64,000 nucleotides of DNA from a bacterium (GTDB lineage Bacteria > SZUA-182 > DTGQ01 > JAFGSM01): NCBI GenBank assembly GCA_049472335.1, contig JBLIRO010000003.1, forward strand, positions 32,001 through 96,000, read 5' to 3'. Positions 45,810-55,460 of this stretch are shown here, piece after piece; the first letter of the stretch is position 1; the number at the start of each line of letters is the position of its first letter. The position numbers and the translations under genes are program-made. The notes under the pieces are model-generated. The model saw nothing but the letters and a program-made list of their open reading frames with translations, searched no databases and was not told where the DNA came from.

Positions 45810-46223
45810 ATGATTTGGGAAGAAGTTCTTGTAGACCATAGTCTTACCTTTAATGAAATAGCAGATACTCTATCAAAATTATTTTCGGTTTCGCCAGCAA
45901 ATATCTTGGTCATTGATGATATTGCCAAGGTCAGCGTCAACAAACATGTACGGATATTGTGTGAACGTATGCAGATAAAAGGTGATTTTTCGATAAGGCT
46001 TTCTATCTATTTGCGTGACCCTGATTTAGAGCAGCTTGAGAGTAAGGTAATCATCGGGCAATTCTGCGACATATTACACTGTAAGTGCTTGATGTCAGAT
46101 GAATCTCTTAATCCTTTCTCGTGGCTTTTAGTGCAAGGATCATCGAACATTCAAGCTGTTTTCCTAAATCCGGATAAGTTTGAGAAAGAAGAGTATGTAA
46201 TTGAGAAGTCTGCAACAGACTAA
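45810..46223 (+). CDS. Probable immunity protein for the upstream toxin
   Basis: 137-aa ORF starting 6 nt after the toxin stop; typical polymorphic toxin-immunity arrangement. Family not recognised. Confidence 0.6.
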   Translation: MIWEEVLVDHSLTFNEIADTLSKLFSVSPANILVIDDIAKVSVNKHVRILCERMQIKGDFSIRLSIYLRDPDLEQLESKVIIGQFCDILHCKCLMSDESLNPFSWLLVQGSSNIQAVFLNPDKFEKEEYVIEKSATD

Positions 46224-46441
46224 TGAGTTTGGATGTATACCATAAGTAACACTAAGAAATTGAGGACAGAGGCCTTTTTCTGTTTAGCCTTCCGTGTACT
46301 TAGCTAGCGGACAAAAGCGACATAGCAATTATATCTGCCTTCAAGCTTTACCGTATGGAACAAATAGTTAATCCTTAATCAAACACATATAAAGGAAAAA
46401 AACACAAGACTAATATACAAAATAAGAGGAGATGATATACG

Positions 46442-47119
46442 ATGCATACCAGCACCTCAATGATTCGAACCGAGGAAATTAGCTCAACGCAGATTTGTGA
46501 GCCAGGGAATGGGAACCTTGCAGCGCTTGTGGAGGGATTACGTTGTGAGGTTGTCCAGGGCTTTCTCGATTCACATATCCGTTCGAACAAAAACGCTGGG
46601 AAATCTCTGGAGATCGCCTCCTTCTGTTATGCCCTTATTGAGCTGCTTAAGGAGAAAGGAATCATCAGCTTTGATGAATTGGATGATCGCCAGAAGGTCG
46701 TAAATAAACGCCTGGTAAAGAAATTCGAAGAGCAGGGTATGGGAGTTGTGGCCTTGCAGGAGTTCAAGCAGGATAAGTATAAATACAAGGAGGAGGTCAA
46801 GATCGATTGTGAGAATCGTATTCATATATGCAATGCTGCCTGTTGCAGGTTTGATCTGGCGCTTTCTAAACAGGATATAGAAGAAGGCATCGTAAAGTGG
46901 GAGTTAGGGAAACCATATCTGATAGCAAGGAATGCTGACGGGTATTGCCGGCATTATGACAGGACGACAAGCCGTTGTTCGGTCTGGCAGCATAGACCGA
47001 TTCCGTGTCGTGGATATGACTGCCGGAAAGACGGGCGTATCTGGATTGACTTTGAAAAGGCTATTATCAATCCAGACCTGGAAGATCTGTTCAGTCAGCG
47101 GGACGAGATGACCAAGTAG
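46442..47119 (+). CDS. YkgJ-family (CxxCxxCC-type) cysteine-cluster protein
   Basis: C...C.AACC.F...GYC......CSVWQHRPIPCRGYDC pattern. Confidence 0.8.
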   Translation: MHTSTSMIRTEEISSTQICEPGNGNLAALVEGLRCEVVQGFLDSHIRSNKNAGKSLEIASFCYALIELLKEKGIISFDELDDRQKVVNKRLVKKFEEQGMGVVALQEFKQDKYKYKEEVKIDCENRIHICNAACCRFDLALSKQDIEEGIVKWELGKPYLIARNADGYCRHYDRTTSRCSVWQHRPIPCRGYDCRKDGRIWIDFEKAIINPDLEDLFSQRDEMTK

Positions 47120-47132
47120 AGGATGAATAATA

Positions 47133-50100
47133 ATGCAAGAAACCGGGAAAGAAAAAAGCGAAATGAACGATCTGCCATTTGTCTCCTGTATCATGCCCAC
47201 AGCCAATCGACGACGTTTTGTGCCACAGGCGATCACGTACTTTCTCAGGCAGGACTATTGTAACAGGGAGCTTATCATTGCCGATGACGGGACGGACCCT
47301 GTCCGGGACCTGGTTCCGGATGACGTACATATTCGTTATATAAGGCTTGATCACCCAATCAGTGTTGGTGCCAAACGAAATTTTGCATGCAGGGAAGCAA
47401 AGGGCGATATTATCATCCACTGGGATGATGATGACTGGATGGCAGATTGGCGCATAACATATCAGGTGAGAAGCCTCCTGGATGGACATGCTGATATTTG
47501 CGGGCTGGATAAGGTTGTCTTTTATAATCCGTATTCAGAGCAATCATGGCGGTATGTCTTTCCCAGGGGCGGCAAGCTCTGGGTCGTAGGAGGCACCTTC
47601 TGTTATACAAAGGCATTTTGGAGCAGGAATCCCTTTCCCGAGATGAAGGTAGGCGAGGATACGCGTTTTCTCTGGACCAGCCGTCCCAAAAAGGTTTTAG
47701 TCTTACAAAATGAAGGTTTTTATGTGGCTATCATACACCCTGAAAATACAAGCCCTAAGATGACCAGGAATAGCAGATGGCATTCTTTTGATGTCAAGGA
47801 TGTTCATGATCTTTTGGGGAAGGATCTGAATTTCTATAAAATACTTTCAAAACAGGATGAAAAGGACTCAAACGTTAAGGGTGTTAATATGGCGGCATCT
47901 CAAACGAAAGTATTATCGGGATCTAATAAGGATAATGCCGGCTGCAGCGGGCCTCCTCCGGATTATGCAATCATTATGGTTGTCCATAACGGGTGCGAGA
48001 TTGTAAAGATGTCAACCCAAAGGATACTGCGGCACAGTGCAGATTATAAGGCCCGCCTGGTTGTAGTGGATAATGCCTCTGATGACGGCACTGAAGAGTG
48101 GCTGAAGATGCTGGCACAGCGAGGTGATATTGATTTGATAAAAAGCAAAAGGAATATAGGCCATGGCCCAGGCATTGAGCTGGCCCGCCGTGAAATATGC
48201 TCTCCATATATTGTAACCATTGACAGCGACGCATTTCCCCTTTCCGATGACTGGCTCAGGCAGCTTCATGCCCGTTTGCAGGATAATGTAAAGGTAACAG
48301 GTATTCTGCATCACAGGGATTATATCCATCCCTCATGTTTGATGATTGCCCGTAAGACCCTTGATGAGCTAAATCTCACTTTTTTGGATGAAAAAGACCG
48401 GGCCAGCAGGTTAGATGTGGCAGAAAGAATAAGCTGTGAGATCAAGAAGAGAGGATTACGGATTGCCGGCCTTGAGTGTACAGGGGCAAAACGGCGGGGC
48501 AGCGCCTCCGAGCCTGTGTATCTGGGGTCTGAGTATGGCCAGATCGTTTATCATCAGTGGTATACAACACGGGCTGCCATGGCTCCAGGCCGCCCTGTGG
48601 ATGATGTGCCAAGAGAGGCCATTGAGCAATCCCTGGACGAGGTCTTTGAAGAATATCATGCTGAACCGAGGGATATAATTGTTGTAATAGGAGTACGTGT
48701 CAATTCCAATGAGCCGCTGCGTCTGAGAAATGTAAAGGCCTGCATGCATGCGCTCAACCTTCAGGATTTGCCACGCTGGCGCTATCGCATAGTTGTTGTT
48801 GAACAGGATCGTACACAGCATCTTAAATCAATTTTAGGGCCCCTTGCCGACCGGTATATCTTTGCCTATAATCCCGGACCTTACAACAGAGGCTGGGCAT
48901 TCAACATTGGGGCCTCCTTAGGTTCTCATAGGAATGGGATCCTTTGCCTGATTGACGCAGACCTGCTTGTTCAGCCCGACTTTTTGAGCTGCGGTCTTAA
49001 AGCCTTTCAGTCCGGCATGCGGGCTTTCCTTCCATACAGGGCAATCACTTATCTTGATAGAGTATCAACGGTACGGGCCATTAAGGACAGGCTGGAAACG
49101 CCTATGCGCCGGCTTGATCCCGGCCGCTATCATGGCCGCCTCTTTACGACTTCACAGGGAGGCTGTATCTGGGTTGATGCATCTTTATATCATGAAATCG
49201 GAGGCCATGATGAGCGCTTCAGGGGTTGGGGATTTGAGGATCGTGAGTTCTGGGCGAGATTATCGCGCGCTGCCAAAACAGGGCGTTTGGAGAGACGTCT
49301 CCTGCATCTTGATCATCCTCCGCCATCCATGCATGATCAATGGGTAAGGAAAAATGAAAGGCTTCATTATGATTTAACATCGTCTTTATTAAATAAATCT
49401 TTGGCTCCTATAGGCAATATAGAATTGTATACCACAGGAAGCCGGCCTGCCGGCAGGGAGAATGAACATTCAATTCCCGGCCTGCGTGAATGGGAAAACT
49501 GGCACAGATGGCCTGTAAAGCGTATCGAAGATATCGTATGGGATGAAAGACGCCTTTCCCCCAGGTCGAGCATGAGGAGCAAACTGGCCAGGATTATTGT
49601 TGAATTCGGAAATACCTTTCTGGATGTCGGCTGCGGTCCCGGTGCTTTATGGCCCCATTTGAAAATATTGCGGCCTCGTATTTCATGTGTGGGGATGGAT
49701 GTAACATATAAGATGCTTGAAGTGGCACACAGGCTTTTTCCCGATATCCCTCTATGTCATTCTGATGCAGGCGCCCTTCCCTTTTCTGACAATTGCTTTG
49801 ATGTTGTCCTGGCCCGTCACTTGCTTGAGCATCTTCCTGATTGGTTGATGGAAAAAGTATTGAATGAGGCGATTCGTGTGGCCTGCCGGGCTGTAGTATT
49901 GGGATTTTACAAAAGGCCTCGTACACAAGGTTGCCGCTGTACAACCAGGCTGAATGAAAATTTTCTGGAGACATGCTGGACCGCAACAGAGCTTGAAACA
50001 CTTATTTTAAAAGCCGGTTGGTATGTAAGTAAACGATTTACAATTACAGGCTCTCGTAATGAAAAGGATGAGATTTGGATACTAGACAGCAAACAAAAAA

Positions 50101-50723
50101 ACGTAGAATTGGACCGATCTGATAAAGGCACTCATAATAAGGGTAAACCCAAAATAAGCATTATTATGCCCACTTACAAACGTTCCCATACTATATTTCA
50201 TGCTGTCGAAAGTATAATAAATCAAACCTATGATAACTGGGAGCTGATTATAATAGACAATGCCGGAGATGGGCATTATTATTTCGATGAGCCGCGTATC
50301 CGTGTATATTGCCATACAGGCAGGATTAGTGCGAGCTATGCCCGTAATATGGGTTTGCAATATGCTACCGGTGATATTGTATGCTTTTTCGATGATGATG
50401 ACGAAATGCTTCCTGAATACCTGGAACGTATAGCAGCTAAATTCCAGGCAAATCCAAAGGCTCAGATGGTGCGCTGCGGAATGATTGTAAGGGAAGGCAA
50501 TGAGAATTACAGTTACGCAACACCTGAATGCTCTCTCAGAAAAAACCTGGCAACACCAACCTGGAGGGCCATAGATGGTATTGTGCAAGACCAGCGATAT
50601 TTTTCCCGTATTATTAAGGCAAATGGATTATCGGAAAAAAATGGCAGCATTGCTGTAATAAAAGAAGGACTTTGCAGGGCTAATACAGATCCGCATGGAG
50701 GATTAAGGGCCGGGAGGTATTGA
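47133..50723 (+). CDS. Multidomain glycosyltransferase: GT2, GT2, GT2/GT7-like, class I SAM methyltransferase, GT2
   Basis: VSCIMPT...WDDDD; IIMVVHN...VVVDNAS...IDSD; VVVEQD...YNRGWAFN...IDAD...GGHDERFRGWGFEDREF; LDVGCGPG...DAGALPF...HLLEH; ISIIMPTYKR...FDDDD. Confidence 0.88.
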   Translation: MQETGKEKSEMNDLPFVSCIMPTANRRRFVPQAITYFLRQDYCNRELIIADDGTDPVRDLVPDDVHIRYIRLDHPISVGAKRNFACREAKGDIIIHWDDDDWMADWRITYQVRSLLDGHADICGLDKVVFYNPYSEQSWRYVFPRGGKLWVVGGTFCYTKAFWSRNPFPEMKVGEDTRFLWTSRPKKVLVLQNEGFYVAIIHPENTSPKMTRNSRWHSFDVKDVHDLLGKDLNFYKILSKQDEKDSNVKGVNMAASQTKVLSGSNKDNAGCSGPPPDYAIIMVVHNGCEIVKMSTQRILRHSADYKARLVVVDNASDDGTEEWLKMLAQRGDIDLIKSKRNIGHGPGIELARREICSPYIVTIDSDAFPLSDDWLRQLHARLQDNVKVTGILHHRDYIHPSCLMIARKTLDELNLTFLDEKDRASRLDVAERISCEIKKRGLRIAGLECTGAKRRGSASEPVYLGSEYGQIVYHQWYTTRAAMAPGRPVDDVPREAIEQSLDEVFEEYHAEPRDIIVVIGVRVNSNEPLRLRNVKACMHALNLQDLPRWRYRIVVVEQDRTQHLKSILGPLADRYIFAYNPGPYNRGWAFNIGASLGSHRNGILCLIDADLLVQPDFLSCGLKAFQSGMRAFLPYRAITYLDRVSTVRAIKDRLETPMRRLDPGRYHGRLFTTSQGGCIWVDASLYHEIGGHDERFRGWGFEDREFWARLSRAAKTGRLERRLLHLDHPPPSMHDQWVRKNERLHYDLTSSLLNKSLAPIGNIELYTTGSRPAGRENEHSIPGLREWENWHRWPVKRIEDIVWDERRLSPRSSMRSKLARIIVEFGNTFLDVGCGPGALWPHLKILRPRISCVGMDVTYKMLEVAHRLFPDIPLCHSDAGALPFSDNCFDVVLARHLLEHLPDWLMEKVLNEAIRVACRAVVLGFYKRPRTQGCRCTTRLNENFLETCWTATELETLILKAGWYVSKRFTITGSRNEKDEIWILDSKQKNVELDRSDKGTHNKGKPKISIIMPTYKRSHTIFHAVESIINQTYDNWELIIIDNAGDGHYYFDEPRIRVYCHTGRISASYARNMGLQYATGDIVCFFDDDDEMLPEYLERIAAKFQANPKAQMVRCGMIVREGNENYSYATPECSLRKNLATPTWRAIDGIVQDQRYFSRIIKANGLSEKNGSIAVIKEGLCRANTDPHGGLRAGRY

Positions 50724-50744
50724 GATTAATTTCGTTGTAACATC

Positions 50745-53324
50745 TTAGTTATTGTCACAAGCCCTTATTTCTCTTATATTAATACTTGCCTGTTCGCCAG
50801 CATCCCTTGTCAGCATCCAGTATCCTTTGCCGGGCTCAAGTTTTCCTGATACGGGGATCCTTACATATCCGTATCCTTGTTCATAGCAATAGATGACGGA
50901 AATATTACAGTTTTTTGCTGACGCTTTAGCATCCGATGAGCACCCACCGATCATATGCCACGCATCATAGTTTACGGAAAGGGTATAATCCTTTATAAAC
51001 CAGCCTGTCAGCTGATAGCTTTTTCCCTGGTTTAATAAGATCCAATAACCCTTTCCGGCTTCCAGATTTTCCTCCGGTTTCACACTCACATATCCACTCT
51101 CTTTTTCATACCTATACATAATGACGGCTTCTGAAAAAACGGAAGATACTTTTGTGCTGTATGGTATAACTGGTAAAGAAATCATGCTCCAGCCTGAAAT
51201 TAATTCCAAATTTATTTTTTTATCTATAATAAAGGCACTATTAAGAACAGCATATCCGCCGTCCTGATTAGTCAAATGAAAATTATAAGTACCGGATCGA
51301 AGGCCCATGGGAATGATGGCTGTAATTGTATTCGAATCCACATATGTTATATTTGTTAAAGGTTTAAGTTTTTCAATCACCCAAAGCCCTGCAGATTCAT
51401 CAGCTACATATATGTATGTATTTGTTCCATATACACCTCCGGCATAGCCCGGCGTATCACAGGCCCCTGCAATAATGGGATTCGCTGGATCGCTTATATC
51501 GATAACCTGAAGCCCTGAACTTCCGTCTGTTACATAGGCGTGTTCTTCTGTAACATAGACGCTGGAGGCATATCCTGGCGTATCGCAGGCTCCTGCAATG
51601 ACCGGATTCACGGGATCGCTTATATCGATAACCTGAAGCCCTGAATCCCCATCTGCCATATAGGCGTAGAAGCCCTCTACATAGACGTCCAGGGCAGAGT
51701 CCGGCGTATCGCATGTTCCAGCAATGATTAAATTGTTGGGGTCACTTATGTCAATCACCTGAAGCCCTGAATCCCCATCAGCTACATAAGCATAGTTGTC
51801 CGAAACATAAACATCCCATGCAAGATCAGGCGTATCAAAGGTCCCAATAATATTAAGATTATTGGGGTCACTTATATCAACCACCTGAAGCCCGTAATCC
51901 CAATCTGCCATATAGGCGTAATTGCCCTTGACATGGATTCCTTCGGCATATCCCGGTGTATCGCAGGCTCCTGCAATGACCGGATTCACGGGATTGCTTA
52001 TATCGATCACCTGAAGCCCTGAATCCCAATCCGCCATATAGGCAAAAGTACCCATAACATAAACTCCCTTAGCGTATCCAGGCGTATCGCAGGTTCCTTC
52101 TACGCTTGGACTGGCAAGGTCGCTTATATTGACTATTTGAAGCCCTGCATCCCAATCCGCTATATAGGCGTAGTTGTTCATGACATAAAGGTCTATTGCA
52201 GAGCCTGTGGTATCGCAGATTCCTGCTACGCTTGGATTAACAGGATCACTTATGTAAATTATCTGAAGCCCTGAATCCCCGTCTGCTACATATGCATACG
52301 GATCAGTGATATAAATGCCCTGTGCATTCCCCTGTGTATCACAGACCCCTGAGATAACCATATTAGCAGGATCGTATACATCAATTATCTGAAGTCCTGA
52401 ATCCCCATCTGTCAAATAGGCAAAGGAGTCTATGACGTAAACCCCTTTTGCAGGGTCTGGCATGTCACAGTTTCCAACAATTTTTAGATTGAAAGGATCG
52501 CTTATTGCGACCACCTGAAGCCCTGAATCCCAGTCAGCCACATATGCATATGTATCCTTGACAAAGACATCCCAGGCAAAATCCGGAGTATCGCAGGTTC
52601 CTGTAATACTTAGATTATTAGGATCACTTATTGTAATCACCTGAAGCCCTGAATCCCCATCTGCCACGTATGCATAGTCACCTGTGACATAAACGCCCAC
52701 CGCATATCCCGGAGTATCGCAGAACCCAATAATACTTGGATTGTTTGGGTCGCTTACGTCAATCATTTGGAGCCCTGAGCTCCCATCTGCCAGATATGCA
52801 TAATTACCATTAATATAAACGCCCCCTGCATATCCCGGGGTATCGCAAGAGCCGATAATGCCTGGATTGTTTGGATCGCTTATGTCAAGCAATTGGAGCC
52901 CTGAACCCCTATCTGCCACATAAGCATAAAAATCCTTGACATAGATATCCAAGGCAGAGCCCGGTGTATCACAGGCTCCTGTGATGTTTGGATTGTCAGG
53001 ATCACTTATATCGATTACCAGGACACCTGAACTTCCGTCTGCCACATAGGCGAAGGCATCCCTGATATAGACATCCAAGGCATTATCCGGAGTATCACAT
53101 GAACCCAATATATATGGCCCTCCACCATATAGTGCAGCCTTAGGTTCAGTCTGGAAATCCTCCCCATTAATTGTCACGGATGTCAGAGTTAAATCAGTAC
53201 CACTATTTGGATCTATTGAATAGATCTTCGGATGAACCGCCAATGCAAGATTGTAAAAACCAACCGCAATGATAATTGTGATTATTTTGATTATATATCT
53301 AATACTAAAGGATTTATTTGACAT
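50745..53324 (-). CDS. Exported LVIVD-repeat beta-propeller protein with split IPT/TIG domain
   Basis: RBS AAGGAGG, ATG 53324; signal peptide; 14 repeats of G.CDTP..A..V...YAYVAD..SGLQVIDISDP.NP; two C-terminal W.MI...LE.GKGYW repeats. Confidence 0.9.
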   Translation of the reverse strand: MSNKSFSIRYIIKIITIIIAVGFYNLALAVHPKIYSIDPNSGTDLTLTSVTINGEDFQTEPKAALYGGGPYILGSCDTPDNALDVYIRDAFAYVADGSSGVLVIDISDPDNPNITGACDTPGSALDIYVKDFYAYVADRGSGLQLLDISDPNNPGIIGSCDTPGYAGGVYINGNYAYLADGSSGLQMIDVSDPNNPSIIGFCDTPGYAVGVYVTGDYAYVADGDSGLQVITISDPNNLSITGTCDTPDFAWDVFVKDTYAYVADWDSGLQVVAISDPFNLKIVGNCDMPDPAKGVYVIDSFAYLTDGDSGLQIIDVYDPANMVISGVCDTQGNAQGIYITDPYAYVADGDSGLQIIYISDPVNPSVAGICDTTGSAIDLYVMNNYAYIADWDAGLQIVNISDLASPSVEGTCDTPGYAKGVYVMGTFAYMADWDSGLQVIDISNPVNPVIAGACDTPGYAEGIHVKGNYAYMADWDYGLQVVDISDPNNLNIIGTFDTPDLAWDVYVSDNYAYVADGDSGLQVIDISDPNNLIIAGTCDTPDSALDVYVEGFYAYMADGDSGLQVIDISDPVNPVIAGACDTPGYASSVYVTEEHAYVTDGSSGLQVIDISDPANPIIAGACDTPGYAGGVYGTNTYIYVADESAGLWVIEKLKPLTNITYVDSNTITAIIPMGLRSGTYNFHLTNQDGGYAVLNSAFIIDKKINLELISGWSMISLPVIPYSTKVSSVFSEAVIMYRYEKESGYVSVKPEENLEAGKGYWILLNQGKSYQLTGWFIKDYTLSVNYDAWHMIGGCSSDAKASAKNCNISVIYCYEQGYGYVRIPVSGKLEPGKGYWMLTRDAGEQASINIREIRACDNN
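51370..53105 (-). repeat. 14 intragenic LVIVD repeats, 126-bp (42-aa) period
   Basis: 14 units counted in the translation; the last is truncated. Confidence 0.9.
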
Positions 53325-53344
53325 TTGTAGCAACCTCCTTTTAG

Positions 53345-53587
53345 TTATACTATTTTACCGAAGGTCTGTTCATATCGCTTGATGGTTTTTTGTAGTATTT
53401 CCAGTAGGGATTTAGCATAGGTGGGACTGGTAATGATTCTGGTATGAAATATTTCCTTTTCTTTTTCAGGATAATACTGTCCGAATTCGATTACAAATTC
53501 GAAAGCATTCTGGCCGATCTTAAAATAGTTTGAGTATTTTCCTTCAAGTTGATTTGAATTTAAAAGATCCTCAGGCACCTGTTTCAT
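53345..53587 (-). CDS. DUF3467-like small protein
   Basis: GKYSNYF...FEFVIEFGQ...RIITSPTYAKSLL..L...I.RYEQTFGKI pattern. Confidence 0.7.
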   Translation of the reverse strand: MKQVPEDLLNSNQLEGKYSNYFKIGQNAFEFVIEFGQYYPEKEKEIFHTRIITSPTYAKSLLEILQKTIKRYEQTFGKIV

Positions 53588-53665
53588 TAATACCTCTATC
53601 TCTCACATTTATCCAGTTGTGCAGAATCCGAAAAATAGTTAATTGATATATATTGTTTTTTTGTG

Positions 53666-53680
53666 GCAAGATAGATACCA
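53666..53680 (-). promoter_or_regulatory. sigma54 (-24/-12) promoter for the DUF3467/LVIVD operon
   Basis: Minus strand TGGTATCTATCTTGC = GG-N10-GC with TTGC, ~80 nt upstream of the ATG at 53587. Confidence 0.7.
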
Positions 53681-53894
53681 GATAAAGTGTCAAAATGTTT
53701 ATTGTCTTAACATATTGATAAAAAGGAGGATTGAACAGAACACGATCATCTGTATTATCTCCTTCCTTCAATATATGTATCTTCAATCATGATACACATT
53801 TTATCCTTTTTAAGTATAAAAGTACTTGAGTGAAATAAAAAAACGAGAAAATGATTGATCTAAAAATTTTTCAGTCAATTTAAAAGTTGGGGTC

Positions 53895-53954
53895 AGTCTA
53901 AGCGAATCCATTGCTTGTCACAATATTTTGTTACAGGAATGTGACATTGTGACA
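53895..53954 (-). promoter_or_regulatory. Putative activator-binding site (four TGTNACA heptamers)
   Basis: Perfect TGTNACA at 53916, 53929, 53940 and 53948, followed on the minus strand by TCGCTTAGAC; matches 11351-11411. Confidence 0.65.
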
Positions 53955-54092
53955 ATATCTTACTCCAAATCCTGCAATTGAAATCTATTATGATTTGAAA
54001 TCAGCCCCGCATGCAGCGGTGCTCAGAACGATATAAGTAATGATAGAAGTGATAAAGTAATGAAACCTGGATTAAAAATTTCATTATAATTT

Positions 54093-55460
54093 TTAACTCA
54101 TTGATTTTGTGGGGATTCGGTACTTAGCTATTTTCCGGTAAATAGTCATTCGGGACCAATGAAGTTTCTGAGCGGCTTTACTCTTGTTCCAATTAGTATC
54201 GAAAAGGGTTAACAGAAGCTTGTTTCTCTCGCTTTCACTAAATCCGTTCATTTCTTTGAGTCTTTCCTGATAATGCCTTGGCAGATCTATAAAAGATATC
54301 TTACGATGGGGAAGATTGATAAAGGTTGCCTCTAATAGATTTTTTAACTCCCTGATATTACCTGGCCAGTCATAATGGAGCAAAAATCCTAATGTTTCAT
54401 CAGTGAAGCCTTCTATCTTTCTATCAAATCGATGGTTTAATTTTTTTATATAGTAATTAATCAGGGGAAGAATGTCTTCTTTACGTTCACGTAATGGCGG
54501 GAGATGCACGCGGGCCACATTTAGCCGATAATAAAGATCTTTTCTGAATTTCCCGTCCGATACCATTTGCTCAGAATCCTGATTTGTGGCTGCGATAATT
54601 CTTACATCAGTGGGTATTCCGCCGTTTCCTCCTAAACGATGAATTTCTTTCTTTTCAATAGCCCTCAATATTTTTGCCTGAGCGAAAGGAGTCATGTCAC
54701 CTATTTCATCCAGAAAGATGGTCCCTTCATTAGCAAGCTCAAATTTTCCACGCTTTGATGCTATTGCTCCTGTAAAGGCCCCTTTCTCATAACCGAACAG
54801 CTCACTTTCCAAAAGACCCTCAGGCAGTGCAGCGCAATTTATGCTTATAAACGGTTTTTGACTTTTTGAACTATTTTGATGAATAAGTTCAGCCGCCAGT
54901 TCTTTACCTGTGCCTGTTTCACCGGTAATAAGAACCGTGCTTTCTGTTGGTGCAACCTTCATGATATATGTCTTGATATCTTTTATTTGTCCGCTTTCAC
55001 CTATCATAGGTTGAAAGCCGTCACAATCGGGAAAGCCTGAATTGTTATCCAAAGATAACGGCTGAGCAATGTTGAAGATATTGCGTTGCTGAACAATATC
55101 AGATAGATTTCGGCTTATACTTGACATCAATTCATTGAAAGAGATTGGGTGTTTGAAATAATCATTTACACCTATCCTGAGGGCGGCAATAATCCGCTCT
55201 TCCGTATTATTCTTTGTGACCAGAATAATAGGGACTTGCCTGTTATACTTGCGTATCTTTTCTGCCACTTGTAATCCATCCCATGTATCATTCAGGGAGG
55301 AACCTAATATAATCAGATTCAGAATTTTATATTGAATATAATGGAGAATATTAGTTTTGTTTATTGCTTCGATGACTTCAAGACCCTGATTAATCAATCG
55401 TGATTTCAATTTTTGACATAAATTCTGATCACCTACGGCAACCATGATTGTTAGACTCAT
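54093..55460 (-). CDS. sigma54-dependent enhancer-binding protein (NtrC/Fis family) with atypical receiver domain
   Basis: GETGTGKE, ESELFG, GAFTGA, FLDEIG, RIIAATN, FRKDLYYRLN, WPGNIREL, C-terminal HTH NKSKAAQKL..SRMTIYRKI. Confidence 0.95.
   Translation of the reverse strand: MSLTIMVAVGDQNLCQKLKSRLINQGLEVIEAINKTNILHYIQYKILNLIILGSSLNDTWDGLQVAEKIRKYNRQVPIILVTKNNTEERIIAALRIGVNDYFKHPISFNELMSSISRNLSDIVQQRNIFNIAQPLSLDNNSGFPDCDGFQPMIGESGQIKDIKTYIMKVAPTESTVLITGETGTGKELAAELIHQNSSKSQKPFISINCAALPEGLLESELFGYEKGAFTGAIASKRGKFELANEGTIFLDEIGDMTPFAQAKILRAIEKKEIHRLGGNGGIPTDVRIIAATNQDSEQMVSDGKFRKDLYYRLNVARVHLPPLRERKEDILPLINYYIKKLNHRFDRKIEGFTDETLGFLLHYDWPGNIRELKNLLEATFINLPHRKISFIDLPRHYQERLKEMNGFSESERNKLLLTLFDTNWNKSKAAQKLHWSRMTIYRKIAKYRIPTKSMS

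Noticed and set aside
50734..50759. Two TGTNACA heptamers at the convergent GT/LVIVD gene ends
   Set aside because: Spacing does not fit the 8/11/13 array, one copy is in coding sequence, and no promoter was noticed nearby.
51370..53105. 126-bp periodic repeats as a CRISPR array
   Set aside because: In-frame, degenerate protein repeats with no constant repeat/unique spacer structure and no cas genes.
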